64,000 nucleotides of DNA, taken from assembly GCA_965644295.1 (NCBI GenBank), contig CBFFRP010000454.1, positions 14,394 to 78,393 on the forward strand. Direction: 5' to 3'. The DNA is from Paraphysomonas bandaiensis. Taxonomy: Eukaryota; Protista; Chrysophyceae. The notes under the pieces were generated by a model. It was not told where the DNA came from and made no database searches. It saw nothing but the letters and a program-made list of their open reading frames with translations. Shown here piece by piece: positions 10,860 to 23,905 of this stretch (within the stretch, counting starts at the first letter, position 1; each line of letters opens with the position of its first letter). Made by a program: the position numbers and the translations under genes.

Positions 10860-13673
10860 GAGCTGTATGGGGGGTTAGAAACACTGTGAATACTTCTCAT
10901 ATGATGCTTACCAGTTTAAACATTGTTGAGTGTAGTTAAGTTAATGTAGTGGTTTGGTCGCTGGGTTGTGAGTATGTTGTGACAGTCAACCAGCAATTAC
11001 AAGGCGTGGGTACCATATATACAGACACGTACTGCTGCTGTATGTAGAGGGATGCATGCATGTAGGTATGTATGCATGTATGTATACTGCTGTACCATGT
11101 ACCAACAACACAACACACCAACAGCATTCACATACACACACATACACCCCACGCATACAGGAGTACATACATCCATGCGCCGGATGCACATGCATACATC
11201 CGACGATGCAGGTTTCTACATACAAATGACGTCAACATTCCATTTTCTCGATTTTTTCTCGATTATCTGGATTTTTTCTGGATTTTCGCTAATATTTCTA
11301 GATTACAGACATATTTTCTGCCAAAGTAACTCACAATATCACTCTAAAATCCCGAAATCCTCTATAAAATCCTAAATATAAGCTATTTAGGCCATTATTA
11401 AACCCTTAAAATCCCGCTCCAACATATAAATCCCTCTATTTTATGCTATAAACTCATAGTTTAACCACACACTAAGAATATAGAACATACCAAGCAGTTT
11501 ACCTGATATCGATGAGTGTGACAAGCTCATGACATTAACCGGTGCAGACAATGATATGATAGGTCAGAACTTGTTTACTTTGATATCTTACGGTACCCGG
11601 GGACAGCATGACACACTGGGAGAGTATGCGTGTACATGCTCATAGCCAGTAACTTTAATCATCTGTTTGAGTCCATGTGAATAGATGCATACTTCGTTCA
11701 TTCACTATTCAAATATCCAGTATATATAAACTTGTGCAGTGATGTACCATACTGTCTTGTAAGAGTTCGGCTCTGGACCAACCAAACTATGGCCTGATTA
11801 CTATGAAGCATAAGTAACAAATAAGAAAGTGTTACGTATGCAACAACTTTTAAAGCGACGAGCATGGCAACAAAGGCAATGACACGTAAGAAGCTTGATA
11901 ACCCCTGATGTATGAAGTGAAAGTATATATTAATAGCGGGGCATCTCAACCACTGCTACTTTGGGAAGCAAGTAACAGCCCGTTACCTGGAAGCCAAGAG
12001 GGTAATAAACAATCACGCGAACCCTCTTTGGGTCTAGAGAAACAGTTTTGGGTTTACTGGACACAATTCGACGTGGATTTTATTCAGTAGACATTTTCTT
12101 GAAATGCAAAAAGGTTTGGCAGTCTCGAAATAACAAGAAGAGGAGAAGCTATCCTTGGAGGAGTTATCTAAGGTCATTGTTGAGACGACCGATGAGGAGC
12201 TCAACGTAATGTTAAATCAATCTAAGAAACACTTTCCGGATTGGTGGCTTTCGTTTTCCTATTTTCTCTTCCGGCTGACCTTCGATGCATGTCATTCTAC
12301 ACTCGCACCAATCAAATAGGTTCACAAGAAGCACCACTACTCGATTCACCAATGGGAACTGGATCTGACAGGGCTGCAAGAAGATTGCGACAAAGACAGA
12401 GTGGTCTTGAGTAAAGGAGATCCCTGAGTGCTCTTGGGGATGAAGATAGACCGCAGGATAGTTCTACGAAGAAGTGTAAGAGAATTAGCAATGACGAACC
12501 AATAAAATTCAAACATGTCATTGTCTAAGGATGAACCAGATTAAAGAGAAATACTACAATAGCAAATACAATTGCTTAATGTGATTATCCGTGACTCCTC
12601 ACCAGACGATGGCAGTTTTTACGGGGATATGAAACGCAAGTAAACAATCAGGCCTTGGTTGAGACGTCGTCATCGGATTATACTACACCTGTATTGGATA
12701 GTCTGTATGGCACTGTGTTGTATATATGATTATATATATGACGATTGCTGTAAGAATTTAGAAATTTAAGGTTTAGATGTATTGATAATGGAGAAAACAT
12801 TTCCTAAATACCCTTCTTTTATTTTTAAAACCCTAAATCCGAGTATTAATGGATTTAGGCCATTATAAATAAAAATGGCCTAACCCCTAACCATATGCAC
12901 ATCCCACTTCATGAGAGGACAATACATTAGCATAGCCGGAGATAACCATTCAAGCTGGGATTAGGGTTACATAGGCTCTATGATGGTAATCTTTGTTTTT
13001 CTAAATACTTCTTCAAAGCTACACTATTGGCTATTGGCGACACTGTATCATGTCTCTAACAGCACTGTGTGTATAGTGATGCATATGGTGCGTCAAGAGG
13101 GTAGCATATGCTTTCACACAATACACTTCCACATACCTCATACATATGCTTTACCCTCTACACTCTACAGCCTGTATGTGTTCGTCACTTTAAGCATATA
13201 CACTCAATGCTTGAAGGATAAATTATAATTAATAACCAATAGTACTTGGTATTCATTGTTATCTCAACTGCCAATTGTTTTCATACAATCAGATAGGCAC
13301 AATCGTATATAGCCAATCTCAGTTTTCACTACTATTTTTAATCTCATTACTGTAGTTAATGTAATACTGTTAACAACTACTCTATTCTTCAAGTAACAGT
13401 TGTAAATCAAACGCTTGAGCCGCTGCCGTATTAGAAGCAAGATAAAATCGTATAACTTATTGTCGTTTCATAGAACAAGATATCTAACACTACAAATAAA
13501 AGAAATAAAACGAGAAATAGATAAAACGATATATCGTATCATAACGATATAAATAGAGAAAACAAGACAAAAAAACAAAGATATAAATGGTACAAACATA
13601 AATTGATAAAATATTGGGAATCATTAGCACTATCCCAAGAGTTTGGGGAGTTCGTTTCTGCTAATGCTGTCGC

Positions 13674-14705
13674 TCAAGCTTCAAAAACATGACTTTCAGT
13701 AGAATGCATAGTGATGAGAGTAGGACTAGAGGCTGTGGTGTACGAAGTTGGACTTACTGAGCTGCATTGAGATGGCGTACAAGATTTACTCAGTGGCTTG
13801 CATTTCATTTGTAGTGTGGGGTAGTTATCTATCTCGTACTCTCTAAGGACATCAACGAGAGGGTTATCGTATTGCCTTGGGCTGGGAGCATGAACTCGCT
13901 CCGTAGAGATACTTAAATTGCGATGAACAAGGCTACTTACACCACTGCTCAAGGATCTGAATACTTCTCTAGAGGAAAAGTTTGTTGTCTTCATATCTGT
14001 TAGCTCTTTCTTTATTCTAGCCAATCTGGATGATAACTCTTGTCTAAATATTATATCTTTATATTTTGAGCTGAGTTCCCGTACGTAGGATGCCTCCATC
14101 TGCCCATTCCTTCTGCTGCGACGAACGCAGATTGCACTCCAAAAAGCCTCACCACAGATCCGATGGCGAAGATTGGCCTGTAAAGTTCTTACAGGAGAGC
14201 ATAGTGAAGGGTGGCCCTGGCACCATTGAGCAAAAGTGCTAAAAGTAATTACGTCGTCGTTACTCAACAATAGTTCAGAAACGGCATGTATATTAGCATC
14301 GTCTTTTAAATTGTCTCCATGGATATCTACCAGCAGCTTCCGTATATTTGTAGACGTTAAGGAATTCATATTATCGTCGTCATATACAATGAATATGTAC
14401 GGTGCCAACTCACAGGCCTCCAGTGATAGAAAACACCAAACCAGACATACGAATTGGGAAAAATTCACACTCTTCGCACCGGCCACCTGACAGAATCTTC
14501 GGGGACTGAATATTCTATGCTCCAATCTTCCGACCTCCAATCCCAATTCCGTCAATATATTATGAATGTCGACACTATCATAGTGCGGAGGGGAGAAGCC
14601 GGAGAACACATCAAACAATAGATTGAGCTCAGAGTATGAGAGCCCGATTTCTTTCAGAAGGACAGAACTGATGGAGTCCACGGAAGAGCTTTGACAAGAT
14701 CCCAT
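13674..14705 (-). CDS. N-myristoylated EF-hand protein (calcineurin B/CBL-like), intronless
   Basis: MGSCQSS matches MGxxxS with Cys4. VNFSQFVCLVWCFL, YIFIVYDDDNMNSLT and DDVITFSTFAQW resemble CNB/CBL EF hands, with degenerate loops. Confidence 0.7.
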   Translation of the reverse strand: MGSCQSSSVDSISSVLLKEIGLSYSELNLLFDVFSGFSPPHYDSVDIHNILTELGLEVGRLEHRIFSPRRFCQVAGAKSVNFSQFVCLVWCFLSLEACELAPYIFIVYDDDNMNSLTSTNIRKLLVDIHGDNLKDDANIHAVSELLLSNDDVITFSTFAQWCQGHPSLCSPVRTLQANLRHRICGEAFWSAICVRRSRRNGQMEASYVRELSSKYKDIIFRQELSSRLARIKKELTDMKTTNFSSREVFRSLSSGVSSLVHRNLSISTERVHAPSPRQYDNPLVDVLREYEIDNYPTLQMKCKPLSKSCTPSQCSSVSPTSYTTASSPTLITMHSTESHVFEA

Positions 14706-15109
14706 CTCGTATCCGTTTGTATGACATCTGCTTCCTTGTTTTGACCATGTAGTGTGATGTAACAAGGACGTAAGTTGGATATGTCGGAAGAGTTGGGTGA
14801 GAAGTTCAATATATTCTAACAAATAATATCACAGAACTGTGAAATAAACGCCTGTGATTTGCTGACAATATCGTAGTATGATGTATGGAAAGGCTGTAGT
14901 GCGAGGAGTATCTGTAGTTTTACGGATAGGGTCATTCATATACTGGATATACCATATATAGTACGTAGCCCGTAACGTACCCGTAACGTACCATATACAT
15001 ACCGTATAAATTACGTATATGTATACAACGTAGTCAATAGAGGATACAGTGGTATGTATATCTAGCTGTTGTTACATCACTATGAGATTACACGCATGCA
15101 TACATGATC

Positions 15110-15883
15110 TTATAGCATCAGTAAAACATTCATCTCGACGGAGTTGTGTGTATGAATCATAACCAAGGCGTCATCTCCGCTCCATGTTATGTTGTAGTCC
15201 AAGCATAGAAGCATAAATACCAAGTTAAATAGATATGGAGCTGAGTCATAGCCAGATTCTAGCGTACATGTGGCAATTCTTCGAAACGCTTCCATTGTAA
15301 TATGTCTCTTGCCTTCGTATATAGGCGTAGGACCCTCAGCTTTTTCGTCAGCAATCGTCCGTTTGTATCCAGCAATGAACAGGGATATGTCATCATTGGG
15401 AAACATATGACTCATCCTGGCTTCCTTGTATAGTAACTTAATAGCGCTTCGATAGCCTCCAATTGTTGATACGGCTTTATATTTTTGTCTTGTAGATTCA
15501 CGACCCTCAGTTGGAATATTGTCATTGCTTCCTGAAGTTGTAGAAATGTTTTCTTCATCGAGAATGTAGTCACCTCCGTTACCAATATGACCAAAAAACT
15601 CAATTAAAGTGTCATTTGGAATCGGTAGTGTAAGTGCTCCAGAGTCAGAGTGATACAATGAAGAGACTGATGAGTCTTCATGGTCTCGTATTCATTCAGA
15701 GAATAGTTTTATCATGGTGCAATAATGCCTTTTTGTATTCGTGCATAGATGCTTTGAGACTACCTCTTGAGCGTTTTCAACCGCTGTTCTCTTTTTTCTT
15801 CCTTCTGGTATCGACATCTCCGTGATATATAATAATTGGACCGTTAGTATGATATGAATCCACTCTTCTCTTTAGCGATCCAT
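15110..15883 (-). mobile_element. Decayed Crypton-type (tyrosine recombinase) DNA transposon ORF
   Basis: STIGGYRSAIKLLY...FIAGYKRTIADEKAEG...EGKRHIT...ITWSGDDAL matches the N-terminal and core motifs of oomycete-type Crypton YR proteins. The WNLMxR catalytic segment is absent and upstream NTKRHY is frameshifted. Confidence 0.65.
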
Positions 15884-15904
15884 GGTGTGATATGATCTGT
15901 ATAC

Positions 15905-15971
15905 CAGGGCCTGGTAACCATTAATGGTAATGGCATTAATGGGCCATTGAAGGTTACCAGGCCCTAGCCTG
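15905..15971. mobile_element. 67-bp hAT-like MITE (CAGGGCCTGGTAAC family)
   Basis: TIRs CAGGGCCTGGTAAC and GTTACCAGGCCCT. Perfect 8-bp TSD CTGTATAC at 15897-15904 and 15972-15979. Confidence 0.8.
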
Positions 15972-16751
15972 CTGTATACCATCCCACTATATACGTAGTA
16001 TACGTACTGTACATTATACCCACTACCATACATAATCTACGAGATAGTACATATTTCCTAAAATCCTGAAATTATTCAATGGTTGTTTTTCAATGGTTTG
16101 TCGAGCAGTTGGAATCATATCGTCCGATAGCCCTTGATTACTGATACAGGATCACTTATATACAACCACTTGAGCAGAACCTGAAAGATATCCGATTTAT
16201 TTATTTACATCAGGCGAGTTGGTTTCAGCAAGGACTTTGCTATCGACAGTGTTTGTTGACTGCTTTTCTATCTACTTTTGCACTCATCCAATTAGTTCTG
16301 TGAATCTTGAATCTAGTCCTTTCACAAGTATATGTGCAATTAACTTTAGTTTTATTGTGAAAGTAGCTAAACTATTATAGACAGCCAATACAATATAATG
16401 ATGAATCTAAAATAACAGTTTCCTTACCTTTTTCGCTAACATGTCGATATTTAATTGCAAAATCTGTGCAAATAATTCTAGATGAAATGATTTATTATTT
16501 GTTATACGGAGACGAAGACGTATTCTGTTGGTGTCGAATGACGAAACCCTTCTTATTTCTTACCAAGCCCATCAATTATGAGCACAATTGAAGATCCTCG
16601 TCTATAAAACTTACACATAAATAGGCTGTTCTTATTGTCAATTAGCTTTTTATCGATAAATACGCGAACACAAATTAAATAGCTGATTGACGAAATCATA
16701 TCGCATATCATATTTACCTATGTACATTTAACAATTCTATCTAACGTGCGG

Positions 16752-19700
16752 TTAAATATTAAGACCCCATAATCTGTTGCTGGCCATTTTCTGCTGAATT
16801 AGTTTCTTTGCAATTCGGTGATAACCGTCGCTGGCCTGTTGAAGGAAATTACAGAACGTTGAAATAGTAACAGCATAACTAGAAACACCTCTAGAAACTT
16901 CATTGTCAGATTTTCAGCCCTTGTTAGCTTCTCCTCACGCCTCTTGATGGCATCGATTAGCTCCTCACCCGCCATCGCAACTGTAATGCGTTCAAGGCCC
17001 TTCCCTAGCCCATCCAGGTCTACATAATGAAAAAATGACTTCCTTATTAGCGGCTTATGTTACTTCTCACCGCTATCCTTCTGTTGTGGGGACGATTTCA
17101 TATTCCCCATGGAGTGATGTCTGCGCATCAATCACACGACACACTTTCAAGTGCAACTAGTTACCTGTTAAATCGAGGGGGTGTGGAAAAAGTCGGGGGT
17201 CTGTCCGATAACGACCTTCGAGATGTGGAATCGTTTCTACAAGTTATGTTGTAATGTGTACACTAACTTAACCTCGTTGCAACTCACCTGCCTGCCTCCA
17301 TGCCTCCAAGAGTAGCTTGTCTGTAATCAGTCGTGAAATAAAATAAAACTACTTCCGGATAAGGAGTCACCTGATAGCCGCATTGACTCCTGTGGGGTCC
17401 CCTCTGGGGTCATCAAGAGCTTCTACCAAGTCACCAATGCTATATTTGGTAGGTAAGGGAGAGTAGCATACGAAGAAAGTACTAACCTCTCCATCAGTTC
17501 CATTGCACACATCTTCAGCTCTCTTACTCTCGGGTGATCGGGAGATGGCTGTGAAGCCTGTGTAGCGGTGTAGCGGTCACAGAAAAAATAATTTATGATA
17601 CACTTTATCGGTACCTCATGCATCAAACGATTAAAGCACCCGTCGCAGACTCTTTCTCTGCTATCAGCTGCCTCGCTGTTATTGGTTTCTTTCAAGTGCT
17701 CGTCTATACGCATGTCAAACAATGGACTCAATGATCATTACTACCCCACCTATAACAGTAAGTCGCAGTCTCTTCGTTGAACAGCTGCAGCCGCGACCGC
17801 CGACATGTAAGCGTTATCGTTTTATCACATGGAATATAATATCGTATCACTTACAAATCACAAGCCAAACTACCACAGGCGCGACAGTGGTGCCGCCTAT
17901 TTTTGATTCCAAATTCCTCTACACGTGAAGGAATTACTCACAACGCCAGAACTTTCTTCAAACCTACCTGTACAGAGCTGACAGGAATACGACGCGTCGT
18001 TTCGTGTCCACGCCCGCTTGTGCAGTCTCAGGTCCTCTCCGGCCTGCTCTCGAGCCAGCACAAACTCCGTAAAATTAGGAGACTCCTTCTGTTGATGGTA
18101 GTGCACTGGTGTTAATCAAGGATCACTTTGCATAGCATGGCACAGGCGCCCACCTTCTCCTCCCATTCTGTGCGTGCTAGTTGTACCGCTTCGCGAAACG
18201 ATTGTCGCAGATTCTCCAGGTGCTTTGGGCTGAACCTTCCACCTGCAAGATGTGTCATTATAGCATTGCAGACGCGCATAATACCTTTCTTGACTATTTC
18301 CAAAATTACAGGAAGAGCACGCACTGCCCAATTTCCAACTTTTTCAATCGTAGCTTCCATGGGGCGCCATCTGTCCTCGTCCCCACATGAGTCGTTTGTG
18401 TCAGCGGAGCCCATATTCTGTAAGCTCTTGGAATTCGGGGGAGGTGGACTCTTCGCACCGCGACGTGAGTGCACATTCATAACTAAATCAAATGCAGTGC
18501 GCCCCTATACTCAATACGGTAAAAATGTAAGCCTTAGATGCCAGAGAAAGCAATACGACATTTCACCTGGAAGTCTCTCCAATTCGGATACGCCCCCTAC
18601 ACAGCAGCCAGTCAAAAAAATAACGCGTAGTATACATGTAACAATCATTGATCACGGCGAATATAAGTTCAGAAGTATGGAACAGTACAATTACCTTGTC
18701 TAAGAAGCTCCTTATGGTTTCCACATCTGGAGATGCATGAGTGCAAGCCATCTGTAGAAAACATTATCGACGATTAAAGTAGCAGCAGGCAATGTACCTG
18801 AAGCGGGGTCAGCCCAGTTTTTTGGTGCTTCACATTAACATTAGCGCCTGCGTCGACAAGCATTCTGTACAACATAATTAGAATTCCCCGATGAGTTGCA
18901 GTTGGCTCCGGAATGTCGACATACCTCACAGGACGAGCAAGATTCTTCTCTGCACAAACATGTAGTGGTGTGGCACCCATAGAATCCATCTACAGCACTA
19001 TTATTGTTTCGCAATGCTGCTGTACAATACTCCCACCTGATTGAGGTCCATGCCCTTGGAGTTCAGAAGTTGCAATGTCCATGGCAAACCCTTGCTCGCA
19101 TGTCCATATCTAAAGAGGGCAATAGTTACAATATATGCACCACAACCAGAACCAAACACAGACTCACACGACAGCCATAAACACGGCATCTCTGTCTCTT
19201 AGGTTCCGCACCAAGGGATCTGCTCCCTTCTCTGAAGACAACCGTTAAAAAATGCAGTCAGTAAATCAAATAGTCACCAAATGATCAAAACAATAGGGTG
19301 AGTTCACAAATACATACCGATAAGTATCCGTGCCAACGTATCGTGGCCAAAGGCTGCGGCCAATAGCAAAGGCGAATTGAGTCCCCCATTGAGACAATCC
19401 ACGTCGGCGCCTTTCTCGAGAAGAATCCGCAGACAGGCTGTGCAGGAAACAATGTCATGTAAAGATTGATACAGGCTATTCGACAGTGTGTTTACTCACC
19501 TTCATTTCCTTTAAGCGCCGCCCAGTGTAATGGTGCCATGCCTGACTCGTCTGGGGAGTCAATGTGATGTCCATTTCCACCGACTCTCTCCAAGAGTTTC
19601 AGGTGTTTCCGAAGCACCAGGAGATTTCCCGTATACGCTGCAGAATGCAGTGACCCAAGCGCCACCTCGTTAAACCACCCAAGCTTCTTCGATAAAGAAG

Positions 19701-20624
19701 TGTTGCGATAGTACCCGAGTATGGTATTTGTAATTTCTCTCAGCCTAATAGATGTGCCATTACACACCCAATATAAACATTCGCAAAAATAGATTCATAT
19801 ATATAACGCGAATCGAGAAAACATACCACGTGGCCCTTGTCGATTCATTATCGCAGGTAAATATATGGCTTGAGTAGGGCCTACAAATAAGAATAAGAGG
19901 AATACAGCTCAATGATCTTCATGTGTTTACCTCTTGCTACCACAATACATTATGACTTCAAACGCTGTTGGATCTTCATCATCATCATATGACAAATCAT
20001 TTATCTTCATGTCTTTTATCCATAGCACCTATCAGGCCATATCAGGACATACAGTATAACTACATTACTAAGCAACCCACCTGAAGAAGCTCATATACAC
20101 TTGGACTAAACACATACACATATCAGTGAGTGCATACATACATACATACATGAACTCACGAGTTACATATAGTCACAAGAAGAACATCATTGAATAGCAT
20201 CAAGTGACGTCGAGATGTTTTCCACAGGATTCCATCTGTATACATACATGAATGAGGCTGTATATACAGGGTTATATATATATATGCTACCAGGCTCTCT
20301 CTTGTTAACTGTATCACTCATTATATGAATCCTTGAGCTACCCGTTAAATCAAAATCACCGATATGAGGTCCATCATATGATTGACTGGATGAAGGGCCG
20401 ATCTCTCCAGTGGAACGACGACGTGATGTATCTTTAATACGTAAAGTTGAGGCAATTGTTTGTACTTCCTTCCATTGTTTGCCTGATGGACGGGCTACAC
20501 GACCTCGATTAGATAAATCCCGATTACATATGAAGTCAGTTAATCCAATTGTCTCTTCAAGATCTCTTTGATTTTCTTCTTCTTTTTTACGAAGTTCTTC
20601 TTCATGTTCTTCCATAGGATCCAT
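16752..20624 (-). CDS. Multi-exon PH + ankyrin-repeat + FYVE protein with a C-terminal R-SNARE-like coiled coil
   Basis: Spliced translation gives PH (RRHLMLFNDVLLVT...STRATWLREI), ANK (GMAPLHWAA, GATPLHVCA, TGLTPLQ), FYVE (CQLC...KNRRHHCRACG...RVCDGCF) and a tail AIKRREEKLTRAENLTMKFLEASDGYHRIAKKL. Stop TAA at 16752-16754. Confidence 0.8.
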
Positions 20625-21308
20625 ACGTGTGACTATTAACTACGATGATATATGTACGTATATTGTGATATGTGAATATATGAAGTATTTATATATGAGG
20701 AATTCAATAGATAATATTAATATACAGTGACTGTATTACTGTATAGTGTAATGAGAGAGTTGATTTGGTGTTCAATGCAGTGTTAACACACTGTGTATGC
20801 CGCAGCACTCGTTGATTGTGAATAACACTACTTGACTGCAGCTAATGTAATGGCTAGTTACATGATGCATGCTAGTTAAGGTATGTGGATGTACGTATAT
20901 ATGACCATGCAGATATCTACTGTATATAGGAATACACCCATCACTGTCATATGTTATTGTGTAGTATACGGGATGTATATCACGGTATACAGAGATACCA
21001 ATAGATATCACTGCTGCATCACATCTCATTGTAGTTCCTGTAGTCCAAACAAGAAAAACTGAAAATATCGCGTCTGTTACAGATATATTTTCCGACCTTC
21101 TCACAGAAAAAAATCATGAAAGGAAACCCACATATACACACATGACACCCTCATCGAGGCTATGAGTGTACTCCTATAGTATACATACTACACCTGGAAT
21201 AGTACAACTCGACCCCACCCACAGCCTTTAATCATATTAAACATAGTGGGATACAAAGTAGACATAGTAGTTCTTAGTTATCTGTGTGGATATTTCGCTT
21301 AACCCACA

Positions 21309-22231
<923 letters not shown>

Positions 22232-23006
22232 CTCAATATCCGTGTCTGGGAATGACAATGTGACTACTCTCCTAGTTTAAGTCTATTGTCTCTTCACGAC
22301 CAATATACCACTATGAATTGTAAAATTCTCTAGAGAGGCATTTTTGAATTCTCTTTGATATTTAGATAGTTGATACCGGTGTCTGTTGTTTGGTTGGAGA
22401 AATAGTACAGGCTTAGCTTGCTGTCATCAGTTGTAGTCAAGTGCATATTCATTCGAACTTGTTGACATTAGCTGATAATCTGATATAACTATCATCCACC
22501 TTCTGCATTGTGACTCTATTCGATAGATTACTGCAAAATGTACGGTCCGAATCTGTACTCGAATCTTGCGGCAATGAATAATCTGATACCACTACTTCTA
22601 CTCAGAATACAAAACTACAGGTGGTAAGTACAAAAAACGGGGGTGGCTACGTGTGAACTTCTTCTAAGTGTGTAGAAGGTGATTCCGTAATGAGAGCTAT
22701 AATAGGGTGATGAGGAGCAAACACAATATGATTAGTTATGTATGACTGAGGAAGTTATGACATAAAATTCTCAACTTCTCACAATATATGAGTGTTCTCT
22801 CTGACCATTTCTAGAACGAAATACATGATTGGTTTATGCCGGACTAATGCAAACATATAACAATTTCACTTTACAAAAAATTAATTGGGTTCCTTCGTAT
22901 TTAAAAATTTAAATTTCGGTTCTAGTTGCCCAAACTATGCACTTTACGGTACACTCTTTAGTCACTTGAACGAATATTAACAGGAATAAACATAACATAC
23001 TGATAA

Positions 23007-23526
23007 CTACTTAGCGTCAGAATCACTTGAAGTAATTGACGACGTATCGTTATTGTTATCACTCTCTCTGCTGTCATCTGACGTAGTGTCTGTGTCCTCG
23101 TCACTGTCGCCCATTTTAGCCTCTGCACGACCTACATAGATCTTAAACATGGTAGAATAACCATATCAACAAAACTTACTCCTTTCAATATATTCCAGCA
23201 ATGTCTTTCTGTACTCCAATATTACTCTATTGGTTGGTTCATATTCTAATACTACACAACTATCAGTGATGTCATGAGATGAACGTACTATACATACTCT
23301 CCTCTCCGATATCGATAGCTTCTCTAGCGCTGTCTTCATTCAATGTATCTGCTGACACTAAAACAAGAAACTACGATACATGAGTAATCTACTATATATG
23401 CAGGCAGAGAGAGTCCGTATACCTGACTCATTAACTCCATAGGGGCGCCCTTAGACCCCTCCTTATGATCACCTGAATATGATAATGATACTGATATTAA
23501 ATAATACATAAGACAATCATACCCAT
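23007..23526 (-). CDS. ERICH2-like small acidic protein (5 exons; absent from the ORF track)
   Basis: GT-AG introns 23473-23522, 23371-23422, 23252-23297 and 23132-23179 give MGDHKEGSKGAPMELMSQFLVLVSADTLNEDSAREAIDIGEEILEYEPTNRVILEYRKTLLEYIERSRAEAKMGDSDEDTD...DAK*. This resembles the ERICH2 core APxELxxxFL...ILxYEPxN plus an acidic tail. Confidence 0.75.
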
Positions 23527-23602
23527 TATATCTCCAATAAATAAACTATACTTACTCAGCAACAAACTATGAAGAGCAGTGATCTGATTTAAATCTTACT
23601 GG

Positions 23603-23831
23603 ATGTATGTATGTATGTATGTATGTATGTATGTATGTATGTATGTATGTATGTATGTATGTATGTATGTATGTATGTATGTATGTATGTATGTATGTAT
23701 GTATGTATGTATGTATGTATGTATGTATGCATGTATGTATGTATGTATGTATGTATGTATGTATGTATGTATGTATGTATGTATGTATGTATGTATGTAT
23801 GTATGTATGTATGTATGTATGTATGTATGTA
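23603..23831. repeat. (TATG)n microsatellite, ~57 units, between divergent gene starts
   Basis: Directly visible; one TATGC variant near 23730. Confidence 0.99.
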
Positions 23832-23905
23832 CCTCTGTACAGTGTAGATCTCATTGTGTATGTATATCGCATTGTATCATTTTAAGTAGCTGTCTGATAT
23901 CAACT

